Shown here: positions 32,539 to 45,058 of the stretch, piece after piece
How the letters are laid out: every line of letters begins with the position of its first letter
How positions within the stretch are numbered: the stretch's first letter is position 1
Assembly: GCA_963758525.1 (NCBI GenBank)
Contig: CAVWVQ010000002.1
Span: 320,001-384,000, forward strand
Source of the DNA: an uncultured Phycisphaerales bacterium
Lineage (GTDB): Bacteria; Planctomycetota; Phycisphaerae; Tepidisphaerales; Tepidisphaeraceae
Reading direction: 5' to 3'
Length of the DNA stretch: 64,000 bases
Program-made: the position numbers and the translations under genes
Notes under the pieces: model-generated
What the model was told of the DNA's origin: nothing
Seen by the model: the letters and a program-made list of their open reading frames with translations, nothing else
Databases searched by the model: none

Positions 32539-33510
32539 ATGAACACCTCGTCTCGTGGCGCTGGCTCCGCGCTGCGCCGGGGCGGAATGCCATCGATGCA
32601 AAGTCTCGCAGCCGTCAATTTGAGTCTGGGCTCACCTCGAATGGAGGGAGCCGGCCGGATCGCGCAGTGCCTTGAAGATGTTCAAGGCGAGCTGAACGCG
32701 GTGCGCGCCGAGCTGAACGTTCTCCGCCGCCGGGACGAAACGCTCAACTTTTACATGCACCGCCTCGATGAGGAGTTGCGTCTGGCGGCGCGGATCCAGC
32801 AGGATTTTCTGCCCAAGTCGCTTCCCCAGATCGGCAGCGTCTTTTTTGACACGCTCTTCCGTCCTGCCGGATACGTGAGCGGCGACCTGTACGACGTGAT
32901 GCGCCTCGACGAACGGCACGTCGGATTTTACCTGGCCGACGCGGTGGGGCATGGAATGCCCGCGGCGCTGCTGACCATGTTCCTCAAGCATTCGCTGGTC
33001 ACCAAGGAAGTCGACGCGAGCGGCTATCGGCTGCTTCCCCCCGCTGAAACCATGCGACGGTTGAACGAATCATTCGTCAGTCAGGCCCTCACCCACGCCA
33101 GCTTCGCAACCGCGGTGTATGGGATGATCGACGTCAAGACAAACCAGGTAACCCTCGCCCGCGCCGGTCATCCCGTGCCGCTGATCCTGCGGGCCAACGG
33201 CACGCTGCACGCCATCGAGTGTGATGGCGGACTGCTGGGGGTCTTCCCCGACGAGGTCTTCTCGGAGGGAACCGCGACGCTCGAGCCGGGAGATCGGCTC
33301 GTTCTGTTCACCGACGGCGTCGAGATGGGATTCGGCGGCGGAAGGGCGCCCAACGACGCCGCCTGGCAGGCCGAGCTTCTGCAGCGTGGCTCATTGGATG
33401 GAAGCGCCCTGCTGCTCGATCTTTCGCGGTGCCTGGATTCAGCCGCGGGGAGCCTGGATCCGAAGGACGACCTGACGGTGATTGTCGTGGAAAATCGCAA
33501 AGCCGCGTGA
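32539..33510 (+). CDS. PP2C/SpoIIE-family (RsbU-like) phosphatase with N-terminal coiled coil
   Basis: AARIQQDFLP, VSGDLYD, ADAVGHG, FTDGV, DDLT. Confidence 0.9.
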   Translation: MNTSSRGAGSALRRGGMPSMQSLAAVNLSLGSPRMEGAGRIAQCLEDVQGELNAVRAELNVLRRRDETLNFYMHRLDEELRLAARIQQDFLPKSLPQIGSVFFDTLFRPAGYVSGDLYDVMRLDERHVGFYLADAVGHGMPAALLTMFLKHSLVTKEVDASGYRLLPPAETMRRLNESFVSQALTHASFATAVYGMIDVKTNQVTLARAGHPVPLILRANGTLHAIECDGGLLGVFPDEVFSEGTATLEPGDRLVLFTDGVEMGFGGGRAPNDAAWQAELLQRGSLDGSALLLDLSRCLDSAAGSLDPKDDLTVIVVENRKAA

Positions 33511-33528
33511 CTGACTTCCGAATCCTTA

Positions 33529-33551
33529 CATGGGCGGGACACCCATGCCAC
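33529..33551. repeat. REP-like palindrome family D (CATGGGCGGGACACCCATGCCAC)
   Basis: Hairpin between convergent genes; relatives at 35550-35661 and 59462-59487. Confidence 0.7.
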
Positions 33552-33559
33552 GCGAAGCG

Positions 33560-34875
33560 TTAATCCGGCTCGCGCGGTTCCAGCAGCGACAACCCGCGTA
33601 ATGTTGCTTCCTCCTCCGTTCTGAATGACCATCGACCTGGCCAATCCCGGTGGAGAATTCGATCGAGGCCGTTCTGGACGCCGCCGGAAATGACCACATC
33701 GCGGCGCATTTTGACGTGAGTCTCTCGCAGCAGCGCGAACCTCGCGGCGCTGGCTGTGGCAAGCGACTCGATAACGGCGCCCAGCATTTCTTGCGCGTGG
33801 TTGCGAGCGTCAGCCCGGTGAACGCTGCGCGGCGCTGATCGATCGCGGTTCGCTCCCCCGCCAAATACGGCTCGAACCGCACTGCAGCCGATGCCGAGCT
33901 CGGCTCGCGAGCGAGCTTCGCGAGCAATTTCCAGTATTTGGCTGGAGCAAGATCGGCAAACAGTTGATCTCGCGCCCAGTTGAGCGCCGAGCCCGCTGCC
34001 GCCAGCGTGCTGACTGACATCCATTTTTGCCCGATGCCCAGCGCCCGCGTCAGCAGCCGTTCATGGGGAGCCGCTCGGTTCGTGCAGAGGCCCAGAACAT
34101 CGGTCGATCCGCACACGTTGAGCAGTTGACCGTTCTTTGCCCCGACCAGAAGCATTGCTGAGCTGGTATCGACGATTCCGGTGACCACGGGAGTCCCCTC
34201 CCGCAATCCAAATCTTCCGGCTGCGCCGCGCAGCACTCTGCCGCCGATCACGTTCGATTCAACCACCCGCGGCAACTGGCGCGGCAGCGCGCCGGCGGCG
34301 GCGCAAAGCTCGTCGTCCCAGCCCGATTGTCCTGCCGTGTCGTAGAGCCCCGTAAACGACGCGTTGGCCGGGTCGATCACGCGTGCGCCGGTGAACTGCC
34401 GCTGAAGAAAGGTGTTGAGATGCCCGGCCAGATCGACGCGCTGCATCAGGCCCGGCTCGTGCTTGCGGAACCAGGCCCAGGTCGTCGCGCTGATTCCGCC
34501 CGGGAACGGGCGATTCCCAGCCAGCTTTAGATAGCGCGCCTTGCCGACCTGGTGTTCCAGGGAATGGGCAATTGCCACACTGCGACGATCCTGATGCGTC
34601 ACGATCGGCGTCAGCGGCTTTCCTGCCTTGTCCATCGCGACCCAGGCCGGCGACATCACCGATAGAGCGATGACGTCCGCTTTTTGCGTGGCGGCTCCCA
34701 GCTCCGCAATTGCATGGCTCACGGCATTGAGCAGCTTTCCGGGATCGACCTGGACTTGAACGCCGCTGCGTGTCGTCGGAAATGGCGCGTGAACAATCCG
34801 CCCGATGCTCTTGCCGCCGCGCACCAAGCCTGCCTTGACCGACGAGGAGCCGATATCGAGACCGAGATATGTCAC
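33560..34875 (-). CDS. FGGY-family carbohydrate kinase; frameshift near 33790
   Basis: LGLDIGSSSVKA, HQDRR, PYLAGER; C-terminal ISGG in the next frame. Confidence 0.85.
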
Positions 34876-34895
34876 GATGTGCGAGTCTCGTCAGT

Positions 34896-35528
34896 TCAAC
34901 GGCCGCCGGCCGCGGCAAACACATCGGTCACTGGCACCGAGAGCTGCGGCAGGAGCGCGGATGCCGCACTCTGTCCGATGCCCGCTTCCACGTGGGTAAC
35001 ATAATGCCCGTCGGCCAATTTCAGCACCGTGACCGTTCGTTCTTGTGTATCAACGATCCAATACTCGCTGATTCCCGCCCGCTCGAACTCATCGCGTTTT
35101 GTTTCCAAGTCGCGCCGGCGGTCTTCGCTGGTGATCTCGATGACCAGATCAGCGCCGTCGGCGAAATCCTCCCCCAGCCTGTCTGCATGCTCAGCAGCAA
35201 CAAACACCAGATCAGGTTCGCGGAATTTGCCTTTCCACAATCGCACTGGGAACGGGGCGATGACAACCTCACCGAGTCGGTGTTCTTTCGCAACCGAATC
35301 GATCGCCTGGTGAAGATAGACCACGATGCGCTGGTGAGCGCGAGGCGGCATCTCCAACACCTCCACACTTCCATTCGAAAGCTCGATGCGATGATTTGTC
35401 TGGCGATTGAGCTGAAGGAAATCTCCATCGCCCCACTCCCCACGGCTGGGAAAGAGCCGGGCGATCTCCCACGTCGGCTCGGGTTCGTAAGAGGATGGTG
35501 TGTCGCGCGCGATCATTGGGTGAGCCAA
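34896..35528 (-). CDS. Uma2 family (DUF820) putative endonuclease
   Basis: IELSNG, HQRI, REPDL, DLVIEITS, GISEYWIVD. Confidence 0.9.
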   Translation of the reverse strand: MAHPMIARDTPSSYEPEPTWEIARLFPSRGEWGDGDFLQLNRQTNHRIELSNGSVEVLEMPPRAHQRIVVYLHQAIDSVAKEHRLGEVVIAPFPVRLWKGKFREPDLVFVAAEHADRLGEDFADGADLVIEITSEDRRRDLETKRDEFERAGISEYWIVDTQERTVTVLKLADGHYVTHVEAGIGQSAASALLPQLSVPVTDVFAAAGGR

Positions 35529-35549
35529 TCTATCGACGGGGACGTCTCC

Positions 35550-35661
35550 CGTGGCATGGGCGTCCCGCCCATGCGAGCGACGCCGGTCGTAAGAAATTTC
35601 TCGATACCAACGGCTCCTTCTGCCTCCAGGTCGTCAACACGGGCACGATGCCCGTGCCACG
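35550..35661. repeat. REP doublet, family D
   Basis: cgtggcatgggcgtcccgcccatg and inverted cacgggcacgatgcccgtgccacg. Confidence 0.75.
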
Positions 35662-35678
35662 CGTGCCACGCGGAACAG

Positions 35679-37103
<1,425 letters not shown>

Positions 37104-37296
37104 ACGCTTATCCTTCTTCCTGAGCGAGGGTCATTTCGCGCCGGATGCCGCAGCGCATCCGCAACCTCACGCGACGTCAATTCACCGGCGGAACATTGTG
37201 GGCATTTTGCCGACGTCCTGCAATATGCGGCGATGAACTGAGCGTCCGAATGCTCCGTGACTCACCAGCCCCCTGCTCGTACCATACCCGCTTCAC

Positions 37297-38229
37297 ATGA
37301 TCCGCTTCATCGCTTTTCGTCTGCTGCAGTTTCCGCTGATTCTGGCGATCATTTATTTACTTACGTTTGTTCTCGTCTGGGTAGTTCCGGGGTCGCCGTT
37401 CGAGCAGAACGAACGACAGCTTGATCCGATCGCCAAGGCCCAGCTCGAAGCGCGGTTTCACGCGCAGCATTGGTACACCTTTCTGGCGTTTTACCCCGCC
37501 GAGATCATCCGCCACGGCGATTTCGGACCCAGCATGAATTACCAGGGGTGGTCCGTGAACGACATTCTCGCCAGCGGTCTGCCCGTCTCCGCTTCGCTGG
37601 GGCTGCTCGGGCTGCTGATCGCGCTGGTCGCCGGCAGCGCCATCGGGACTCTCGCCGCCGTGCGCCGAGGCGGTGTCTTCGATTATTTGAGCCTTGCCGT
37701 GGCGCTGATCGGAATCAGCCTGCCGAGCTTCGTCGCCGCGGGTCTGATTCTCATCTTCTTTTCCGTGAAACTGAGGCTGCTCCCCGTCGGCGGGTGGGGA
37801 ACCGCCGGACAGATGATCGGCCCCGCCGTCGCCATCTCGCTGATGCCGCTCGCCTACATCGCCCGGTTGACGCGCGTCGCGATGATCGATGTCCTGTCCA
37901 GCGACTACGTTCGCACGGCCCGCGCAAAGGGGCTTTCCAACATCGTTGTCATCTGGAAGCACTGCTTCCGAAACGCGTTTCTTCCCGTCTTCACGTATCT
38001 CGGTCCCGCCGCGGCAGCCGCGCTAACCGGGTCGTTCGTCGTGGAGAAGGTCTTCACGATTCCCGGCCTGGGCCTGCATTTTGTGAACAGCGTGCTGAAT
38101 CGAGACCGAACCCTCATTCTCGGGACCGTGATGGTCTATTCATCCCTGCTGCTGACGCTGAATCTGATCGTCGACGTCGGCTACGCCTTGATCGATCCCA
38201 GGATAGACATCCTTGCACAGTCGCGATGA
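37297..38229 (+). CDS. Peptide ABC transporter permease (OppB/DppB-like)
   Basis: GDFGPS, DYVRTARAKGL, VEKVFTIPGLG, IDPRI. Confidence 0.92.
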   Translation: MIRFIAFRLLQFPLILAIIYLLTFVLVWVVPGSPFEQNERQLDPIAKAQLEARFHAQHWYTFLAFYPAEIIRHGDFGPSMNYQGWSVNDILASGLPVSASLGLLGLLIALVAGSAIGTLAAVRRGGVFDYLSLAVALIGISLPSFVAAGLILIFFSVKLRLLPVGGWGTAGQMIGPAVAISLMPLAYIARLTRVAMIDVLSSDYVRTARAKGLSNIVVIWKHCFRNAFLPVFTYLGPAAAAALTGSFVVEKVFTIPGLGLHFVNSVLNRDRTLILGTVMVYSSLLLTLNLIVDVGYALIDPRIDILAQSR

Positions 38230-38238
38230 AGCGAGGGG

Positions 38239-38431
38239 AAGGCACGGAGGGAAGAAGGCACGGAGGCACGGAGGGAAGGATGGGAGATTTGGTCGGGGGG
38301 AAAGGAGCGGCCCACGCATCCCCTCCGCGCCTGTCTACTCTTCCTTCCCCCCGACAACATCCCCCATCCTTCCCTTCGTGCCTTCGTGCCTTTGTCCCTT
38401 TGTCCCTTTGTCCCTTTGTCCCTTCGTCCCT
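38239..38431. repeat. Inverted pair of 8-mer tandem arrays (GGCACGGA / CCTTCGTG and CCTTTGTC)
   Basis: Left arm 38239-38279, right arm 38368-38431; same unit as the valS insert at 47649. Confidence 0.8.
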
Positions 38432-38483
38432 GATTTGTCCCCCCTTTTGATTTTCCCTCGCTAAAAAGCTACTCTTTCCAAAG

Positions 38484-39260
38484 ATGCGCTGCCCCTTTTG
38501 CGAGGCCGAAAAGGAAAGCCTTCAGGTGGTGGACTCGCGCACCTGCGAAGGGGGGAAGGCGGTTCGCCGTCGCCGAAAATGCCTCGCTTGCCTGAAACGG
38601 TTTACGACTTTTGAACGAGTCGAACCTGCCAAACGCCTCATGGTCGTGAAGCGGGACGGCAGACGGATTCCCTGGAATAAAGAGAAGATTCTGAGCGGGC
38701 TCGAACGTGCGTGTTTTAAGCGGCCGGTGCCGGAAACCGAACTTTTGCGGATTGCGGACGAAGTAGAAGAAGAGGCTTTGGGCGTTCACGAGCGAGAAAT
38801 AGCGACGACGCTCATCGGAGAAATGGTCACCGACCGGCTGCGCCGGGTGGATCAGGTTGCGTACGTGCGATTCGCCAGCGTCTACAGGCAGTTCAAGACT
38901 TTGGAAGAACTGGTGGACGAGGCCAAAGCGGTGATTGACGCCCGACGCTTCGAGGACCCCGAGCAGGGCAGACTCTTCCTGGAAGACAAACCCTCCGCCG
39001 CAGGCAACGGAAGGCACGCGGTGCCGGGCGAAACGGAGCCGGCGCCGCGGGCCAAGCGCGGCGCAAGTCGCGCGCAAGGCCCGATCCTGCCGCTCCCGGT
39101 CCGCCGGAACCTGGTGGGGTCTGAACTTCCCTACGACAGGCGGCTCCGACGGCTTCTGATTCGCGAACGATCCGCAGACGGCAACGCGTTCTCCGATGGC
39201 GGAAGAATATGCCGCGCCCCGCCGAAGCGTCTCAAGGCCGACAACGGCTGCGTCCGATAA
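38484..39260 (+). CDS. nrdR: Transcriptional repressor NrdR; long C-terminal tail of uncertain reality
   Basis: MRCPFC..VVDSR..RRRRKC..RFTTFE, ATP cone, VAYVRFASVY. Confidence 0.93.
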   Translation: MRCPFCEAEKESLQVVDSRTCEGGKAVRRRRKCLACLKRFTTFERVEPAKRLMVVKRDGRRIPWNKEKILSGLERACFKRPVPETELLRIADEVEEEALGVHEREIATTLIGEMVTDRLRRVDQVAYVRFASVYRQFKTLEELVDEAKAVIDARRFEDPEQGRLFLEDKPSAAGNGRHAVPGETEPAPRAKRGASRAQGPILPLPVRRNLVGSELPYDRRLRRLLIRERSADGNAFSDGGRICRAPPKRLKADNGCVR

Positions 39261-39277
39261 TCTCTGGAGGCTCGTCA

Positions 39278-41151
39278 ATGAAGTTATCGCTCCGATCCAT
39301 GCTCAGCCGGCTGCTCCTCTGCGGCTGCGCGGGCCTCTTGTCGCTCGCTGCCGGCAGTTGCAATCAACTCCAACAGGAAACTCCCAAGCCCGTCATCGAA
39401 CGCTATCCGGATTTGGGCCCCAAAGGTGCAGTCCCATCGTTCATGCTCGGCACCATCTGGGAACGCGTCGAGCTGGAGAATATTGACGGATTCCCCATCT
39501 CCGGATTCGGGCTGGTCGTCAACCTCGATCACAGCGGCAACAACGATCAGTTGCCAACCGCGGTCAAGGAATACATGGTCAAGGAGATGGTCAAGCAGGG
39601 CTTCGGAAGCCCGCTGCTCCCGGACTATCACAACCGAACTCCCGAGGTTGTTCTGGCCGACGACCGCACCGCGGTGGTCGAAGTGGACGCACTGCTCCCG
39701 CCGGGCGTGCGAAAGGGACAGCAGTTTGACGTGCGCGTCGTGGTTCTGCCACGGTCGACCACCACGAGTCTCTCCGGCGGCGAACTGTATCTCACGGATC
39801 TGGCCATCGACGGTGCCAACACGCACAACCCCTTCAGCAAGGTCAACGTCCGAGGTCAGGCGCGCGGCAGCATCTTCCTCAACCCGGCATATGCGCTGCA
39901 GACCGGAGCAACGCCCACCGGCGCAGCCCGCGCGGCAATGCGCTCGGGCATCATCATGGACGGCGGCGTTGCCGCGTTTGATCGTCCGATTTTTCTGCAA
40001 TTGCGCCAACCGCAAGCCAGCATCTCCCGCGCCATCGAGCAACGCATCATCGCCCGCTTCAAAGGGGAAATCGGCGTTGCCTCGGCGCATGACGAGGGAA
40101 AGATCGAGGTTTTCGTCCCCCCCTCATACGGCAAAAACTGGCAGCACTTTATCGGCGTCGTGCTCCACACCTATCTGGGCAATTCGCCTGAATTCGAGAC
40201 AATGCGGGCCAAAGAGCTCGCCGACGAAGCGGTGAAGCCCAACGCCCGGTTGGGTGACATCTCCTACTGCTGGGAAGCGATCGGGCCCGCATCCCTGCCA
40301 TTTATCTCGAAGCTGATTACCGATCCGTCGCCCGCCGTCGCATTTGCCGCGGCCCGCGCCGGCGCGTTCATCGGGGATCCCACTGAGGCGGCGCAATCGG
40401 CGCTGTTGATGATGGCCCGGACCCCTGATCACCCGTTTCAACTGGAATCGGTCGAGGTGCTTGGCGAACTTCCTTCTTCGCCCGCCGTCAACCGGATGCT
40501 TCGCGAGTTGCTCGATTCCGACCAGACATCGGTGCGGCTCGAGGCGTACCGCGTGCTGGCGCCAACAACGACAGTTCCGTCTACTCGAAGGTGGTGACCA
40601 CCGACAATCAGAAGTTTATCCTCGACGTGGTTCCGTCCCAGGCCGCCCCGATCATTTACGCGACGCGCAGCGGTGTTCCGCGCATCGCGGTGCTCGGACG
40701 TACGCCCCATGTCGTGCGGCCCCTGGTTTTCTCGGCACTTAATGACCGTCTGACGATTTCCGCGCGGGGCCAGGCAAGCCCGCTGACGATCTACTATCGC
40801 GATCCGCAGCTCCAGCAGCCGGTGAAGATGTTCTCCAACGCGGACGTTTCGGAGGTGATTCGACGGCTCGGCGGGGAAGCGGCGCCCGGGGAGTCGCCGC
40901 TGAATTTCAGTTACGGCGAAATCGTCGCCATGCTGCTCGGCCTGAGCAACAGCGGCGATCTGAAGGAAGAGCATGACGGAATGATTGCACTTGCTCCGTT
41001 TGTGTTGCAGGATCCGCCGCAATTGGAGAAGGTCATGACGACCGCCCCTCCGGTGGATTCGGGCCGTCCGGTGAAGGACATAGCGGCTCCCAACAGCAGC
41101 GCCGGGACACCTGCGGATGACGCGACATTGGCGAACAGTCGGCCGCAATAG
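39278..41151 (+). CDS. FlgI (P-ring)-like lipoprotein with helical repeat region; frameshift near 40560
   Basis: Lipobox-like LAAGSC; ISGFGLVVNL, PPGVRKGQQFDV and TSLSGGEL resemble FlgI motifs. Confidence 0.65.
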
Positions 41152-41231
41152 TTCAGCGGCTGGCCCTTGATATATGGTGGAAAAGCCCCACAATCCGTGC
41201 CTCTTAACCGGTCAAGGAGGACCGCGTCTTC

Positions 41232-44200
41232 ATGCGACTTAAAAAGCTGATCGTTCAGGGTTTCAAGAGTTTCGCCGACCGCACCGAGTTTGTCTTCGAT
41301 TCGGCCATCACGGGAATCGTCGGCCCCAACGGCTGCGGCAAGAGCAACGTCGTCGACGCGTTTAAGTGGGTCCTCGGCGAGCAATCCGCCAAGAGCCTGC
41401 GCGGCGACGCGATGATGGACGTGATCTTCAACGGCGCGACCGGCCGCAAGCCCTCGGGCATGGCGGAGGTCGTTCTGGTCTTCGACAACCCGATGCGCCA
41501 GGACAATACGCGCACGCTCAGTCTCGATGTGGATGAAGTGCACGTGGGCCGCCGCCTCTTCCGCGACGGCGCCAGCGAGTATCAGCTCAACAACCAGACC
41601 GCGCGCCTCAAGGACATTCGCGAGCTGTTCTTCGATACCGGCGTCGGTGTCGATGCTTACAGCGTCATCGAGCAGGGCCGCGTCTCGCTGCTCCTGGAAA
41701 GCAATCCGCAGGAACGCCGGCTCATTTTCGAGGAAGCCGCCGGAATCAGCAAATTCAAGGCTCGCAAGAAGGAAACACAGCGCAAGCTCGAACGAGTCGA
41801 TCAGAATCTCCTGCGCGTCACCGATATCGTCGAAGAGGTCGAGAAGCGACTCCGCAGCGTCAAGGTGCAGGCCGGTCGGGCCCGGACCTATCAGGAACAT
41901 TCCGAGCGCCTCTCCGCCCTGCGGCTCACATACGCGATTCAGGAATTTCACACGCATTACACGCAGCGCGGCGAATTGACCGCTGCGCGCGACGACGCGC
42001 AGTTTCAACTCGACGATGCCGCCGGCGATCTGGCGCAGCGCCAGAATGAATTGGCGGCCCGCCGCTCGGATTTCGACGCCTTGTCCGCGAAGCGGCAGCA
42101 GGCGGAGTATGAGCTCGTGCAGGCCGGAGCCGCGTTGCAATCGGCGCGGCAGCGTCAGCAATACGCCCGCCAGCAACTGGCGCAGATGACCGAGCAACTC
42201 GAGGCTTTCGCCGGGGATCGGACCAATCTGCAGGCGAAGCTTGCGGAGCTGATTCAGGCGCTGGACGCCGAGACTTCGAACTTGCGGCAGCTCACCGAAT
42301 CGCTGGAAGCGCAGCGCCTTGAGATTGAGAAATGGCAGCAGTTGTTCCGGGACGATCAGCTTCAGCTGAATGCCGCCAATCAGGAAGTCGAGCAGCAGAA
42401 AGCGGCTATTCTCGATCTGATGCGCAAGCTCGCGGCGCTGGCCAGCCGCCTTGGGGCGATCGAGATCGAACGGAAAAACATCGCCCAGCAGCAGACGCGC
42501 CTGACCGAGCGTCGCGCTGTCGTGCTGAGCGAAACCGATCTGCTGGAAACGCAGCGTGTCGCAACGCAGGTGTCGCTGGATGAAGCGCTGTCGCACATTG
42601 CCGATCAGCAGGCACAGCTCGACGCGCGGCGCGAAGAGTCGCGCGCCTGAGCAAGCAGATCGCCCAGATCGGCCAGCAGTTGGGCGCCGCACGCGAGCAC
42701 CGCTCCGGGCTGCTCTCCCGCCAGAAGCTTCTCAAGGACATGGAAGCCAAACGCGAAGGCGTCAGCGAAGGGGTCAAATCCGTGCTGCGGCAGCGCGATC
42801 AGAAATTCTCGTTCGTCCACGGACTTGTCGCCGACGTGCTGCGCGTCGATGTGGAACACGCTCATGTGATCGAAGCCGCGCTCGACGGCAAAGATCAGTT
42901 TCTCCTCGCGGCCAATCTCGAAGCCGCCATCGCCTGCCGCGAGGCGCTCGACGAGTTGGAGGGGCGCGTCAACATCCTCACGCAGCCGACGGCGCAAATG
43001 GACGAGGGTGCGGCGTATGACTGGAATCGTCATCCCTGCAGGATTCGGCTCGCGATCGACCTGGTGAAGTTTGAAGCCGTTGACGGGATGATCGCCCGCC
43101 ACCTCCTCGGACGGACGGTTGTCGTTGATTCGCTCGACGACGCGGTTCTGCTTCGAAAAGAAGGACCGGCAGGATATCGCTTCGTCACGACCGCGGGCCA
43201 GGTGCTGGAAGCCGATGGAACCTTGCGCGGGCCCGCTGAGCGCCGCGATGGGCCTGCTCTCCCGCCGATCAGAACTTGAAGCGCTGGTGCAGCAGATCGC
43301 GGAAGTCGACGGCCGGATCGAGCAGCTCACGGCTCTGATTTCTGAAGGAAATACCACCGCAAAGGGGCTTGAGGAGCAGCAGAATGCGCTTTGCGCGGAA
43401 GTTTATCGCGCCAATACGACAAAGGTCGAGCTGACCAGCAAGCTTGCGCAGAATCAGGACAAGCAATCGTCGCTGCGCCGCGAGGCGCCGCTGCTCGATC
43501 GCGAGCTGAAGACGCTCGGGGAGCAATTGGAAAAACTCGTCGCAGAGGAGGCAAGCCTGACGGAGAAACGCGGTGCGATGGATGCAGATCAGACGCAACG
43601 GCAGCAGCGCGTGGAAGAACTGATGAGCGATCAGAAGCGATTGGCCGAGGAATTGCGCCAGACCGGCGAGCAGCTCACTGCTGCGCGCGTGGCGCTGGGA
43701 CAGGCGCAGGAGAAGCAGCTCGCGGCCCGTCAGCAGGTGCAACGGCAGACCGCAGCCCAGGGCGAACTGACGCAGCAGATCGAGCGCATCGTCAAATCCG
43801 CCGAGTCGGTTGCGGCCCGCCAAACCGGCGTCGAATCCGAGTTGGCCGAAGCCATGACCGTGGAAGCCGCCCAACTCGCCGCACAAGAGCAACTCACTGC
43901 GCGGCGCAGGCAATGGCATTGGAAGTCGCCCAGATGAGCGAAGCCGTCAAAACCATGACCGGCCAGGTGGAGTCGCTCCGCGGCGAGCACATCGAACGCG
44001 AGCAGGCATTGCACGCGCTGCAACTCAGGCTCGGCGAAGTGACCGTTCGGCTGGAAACCGTTGTCGCTCGCACCATGGAAGAATCGCAGTTGGACCTGCC
44101 AGCGAAATATGAGGCGCTCTTTATTGACGGCGGCCCCGGCTACCAAAGCGGCGAGACCGACTGGGACGCCGTTGCTGCCGAGATCAAGGAGCTGCGCGAC

Positions 44201-44902
44201 AAGATTCATCGCCTGGGCAACGTCAACCTCGACGCCATCGGCGAGCAGGATGAACTGGAGCAACGCCAGTTGTTCCTCTCAACGCAATTGAACGATCTCA
44301 CCAGTTCGAAGAAGCAGTTGGAGGAGCTGATCGACGCGATCAATGCCGAGAGCAGCGAGCGATTCGAGCAGACGTTCAACGCCGTCCGCGAGCATTTTCA
44401 GGGCATGTTCCGCAAGCTCTTCGGCGGAGGAAAAGCCGATATTTATCTCGAGACCGAACTGGAAACCGTCCCCGAGATCGGCGCCGACGGCCAGCCTCTC
44501 CCGGCAAAAAAGATCGACCTTCTCGACGCCGGCATCGAGATCATCGCCCGTCCCCCCGGCAAACAGCCGGTCTCCATCAGCCAGCTTTCCGGCGGCGAAA
44601 AGACGATGACGTGCGTGGCATTGCTGATGTCCATCTTCAAGAGCAAGCCGAGTCCGTTCTGCATTCTCGACGAAGTGGACGCCGCGCTGGACGAGGCCAA
44701 CAACCAGCGTTTCAACCTGATCGTGCAGGAGTTCCTCGAGCAGAGTCAGTTCATCATCATCACGCACTCGAAGCGCACGATGCAGATCGCCGATGTGCTC
44801 TACGGCGTAACCATGCAGGAGCAAGGCGTGAGCAAGCGCGTCGCGGTCAAGTTCGACCAGGTCGACTCCGCGGGGCGCATCAATGAAACCGCCGCCGCGT
44901 AG
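41232..44902 (+). CDS. smc: Chromosome segregation protein SMC; frameshifts near 42645, 43230 and 43905
   Basis: GFKSF, GPNGCGKSN Walker A, hinge region, LSGGEK signature, ILDEVDAALDEAN. Confidence 0.95.
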
Positions 44903-44920
44903 CGCCACACGTAGCGTAGC

Positions 44921-45058
44921 GTAACACGGGTTTCCAACCCGTGCTTGAGGCATTAGATCTGATATCGCTTCTTTCGCAGCGATGCATTCTTGCCTTTCCT
45001 CTGCAAATCAGCATCGCGAATCTGCCAGCAACTCGCACGGGTTGGAAACCCGGGTTAC
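44921..45058. repeat. REP doublet family E (GTAACACGGGTTTCCAACCCGTGC) between convergent smc and valS
   Basis: 44921-44944 and inverted copy 45035-45058; the second copy contains the valS TAA stop. Confidence 0.8.

Noticed and set aside
34896..35528. Uma2 endonuclease as a defence system
   Set aside because: It belongs to a widely expanded family in planctomycetes and has no partner defence genes here.
37297..38229. Orphan OppB-like permease without the other ABC subunits
   Set aside because: Split ABC operons are common, and nothing else in the sequence suggests a special role.
38960..39260. About 100-aa C-terminal extension of NrdR as a new domain
   Set aside because: It has low-information composition and, given the indel rate, may result from a missed stop codon; not supportable without homologues.
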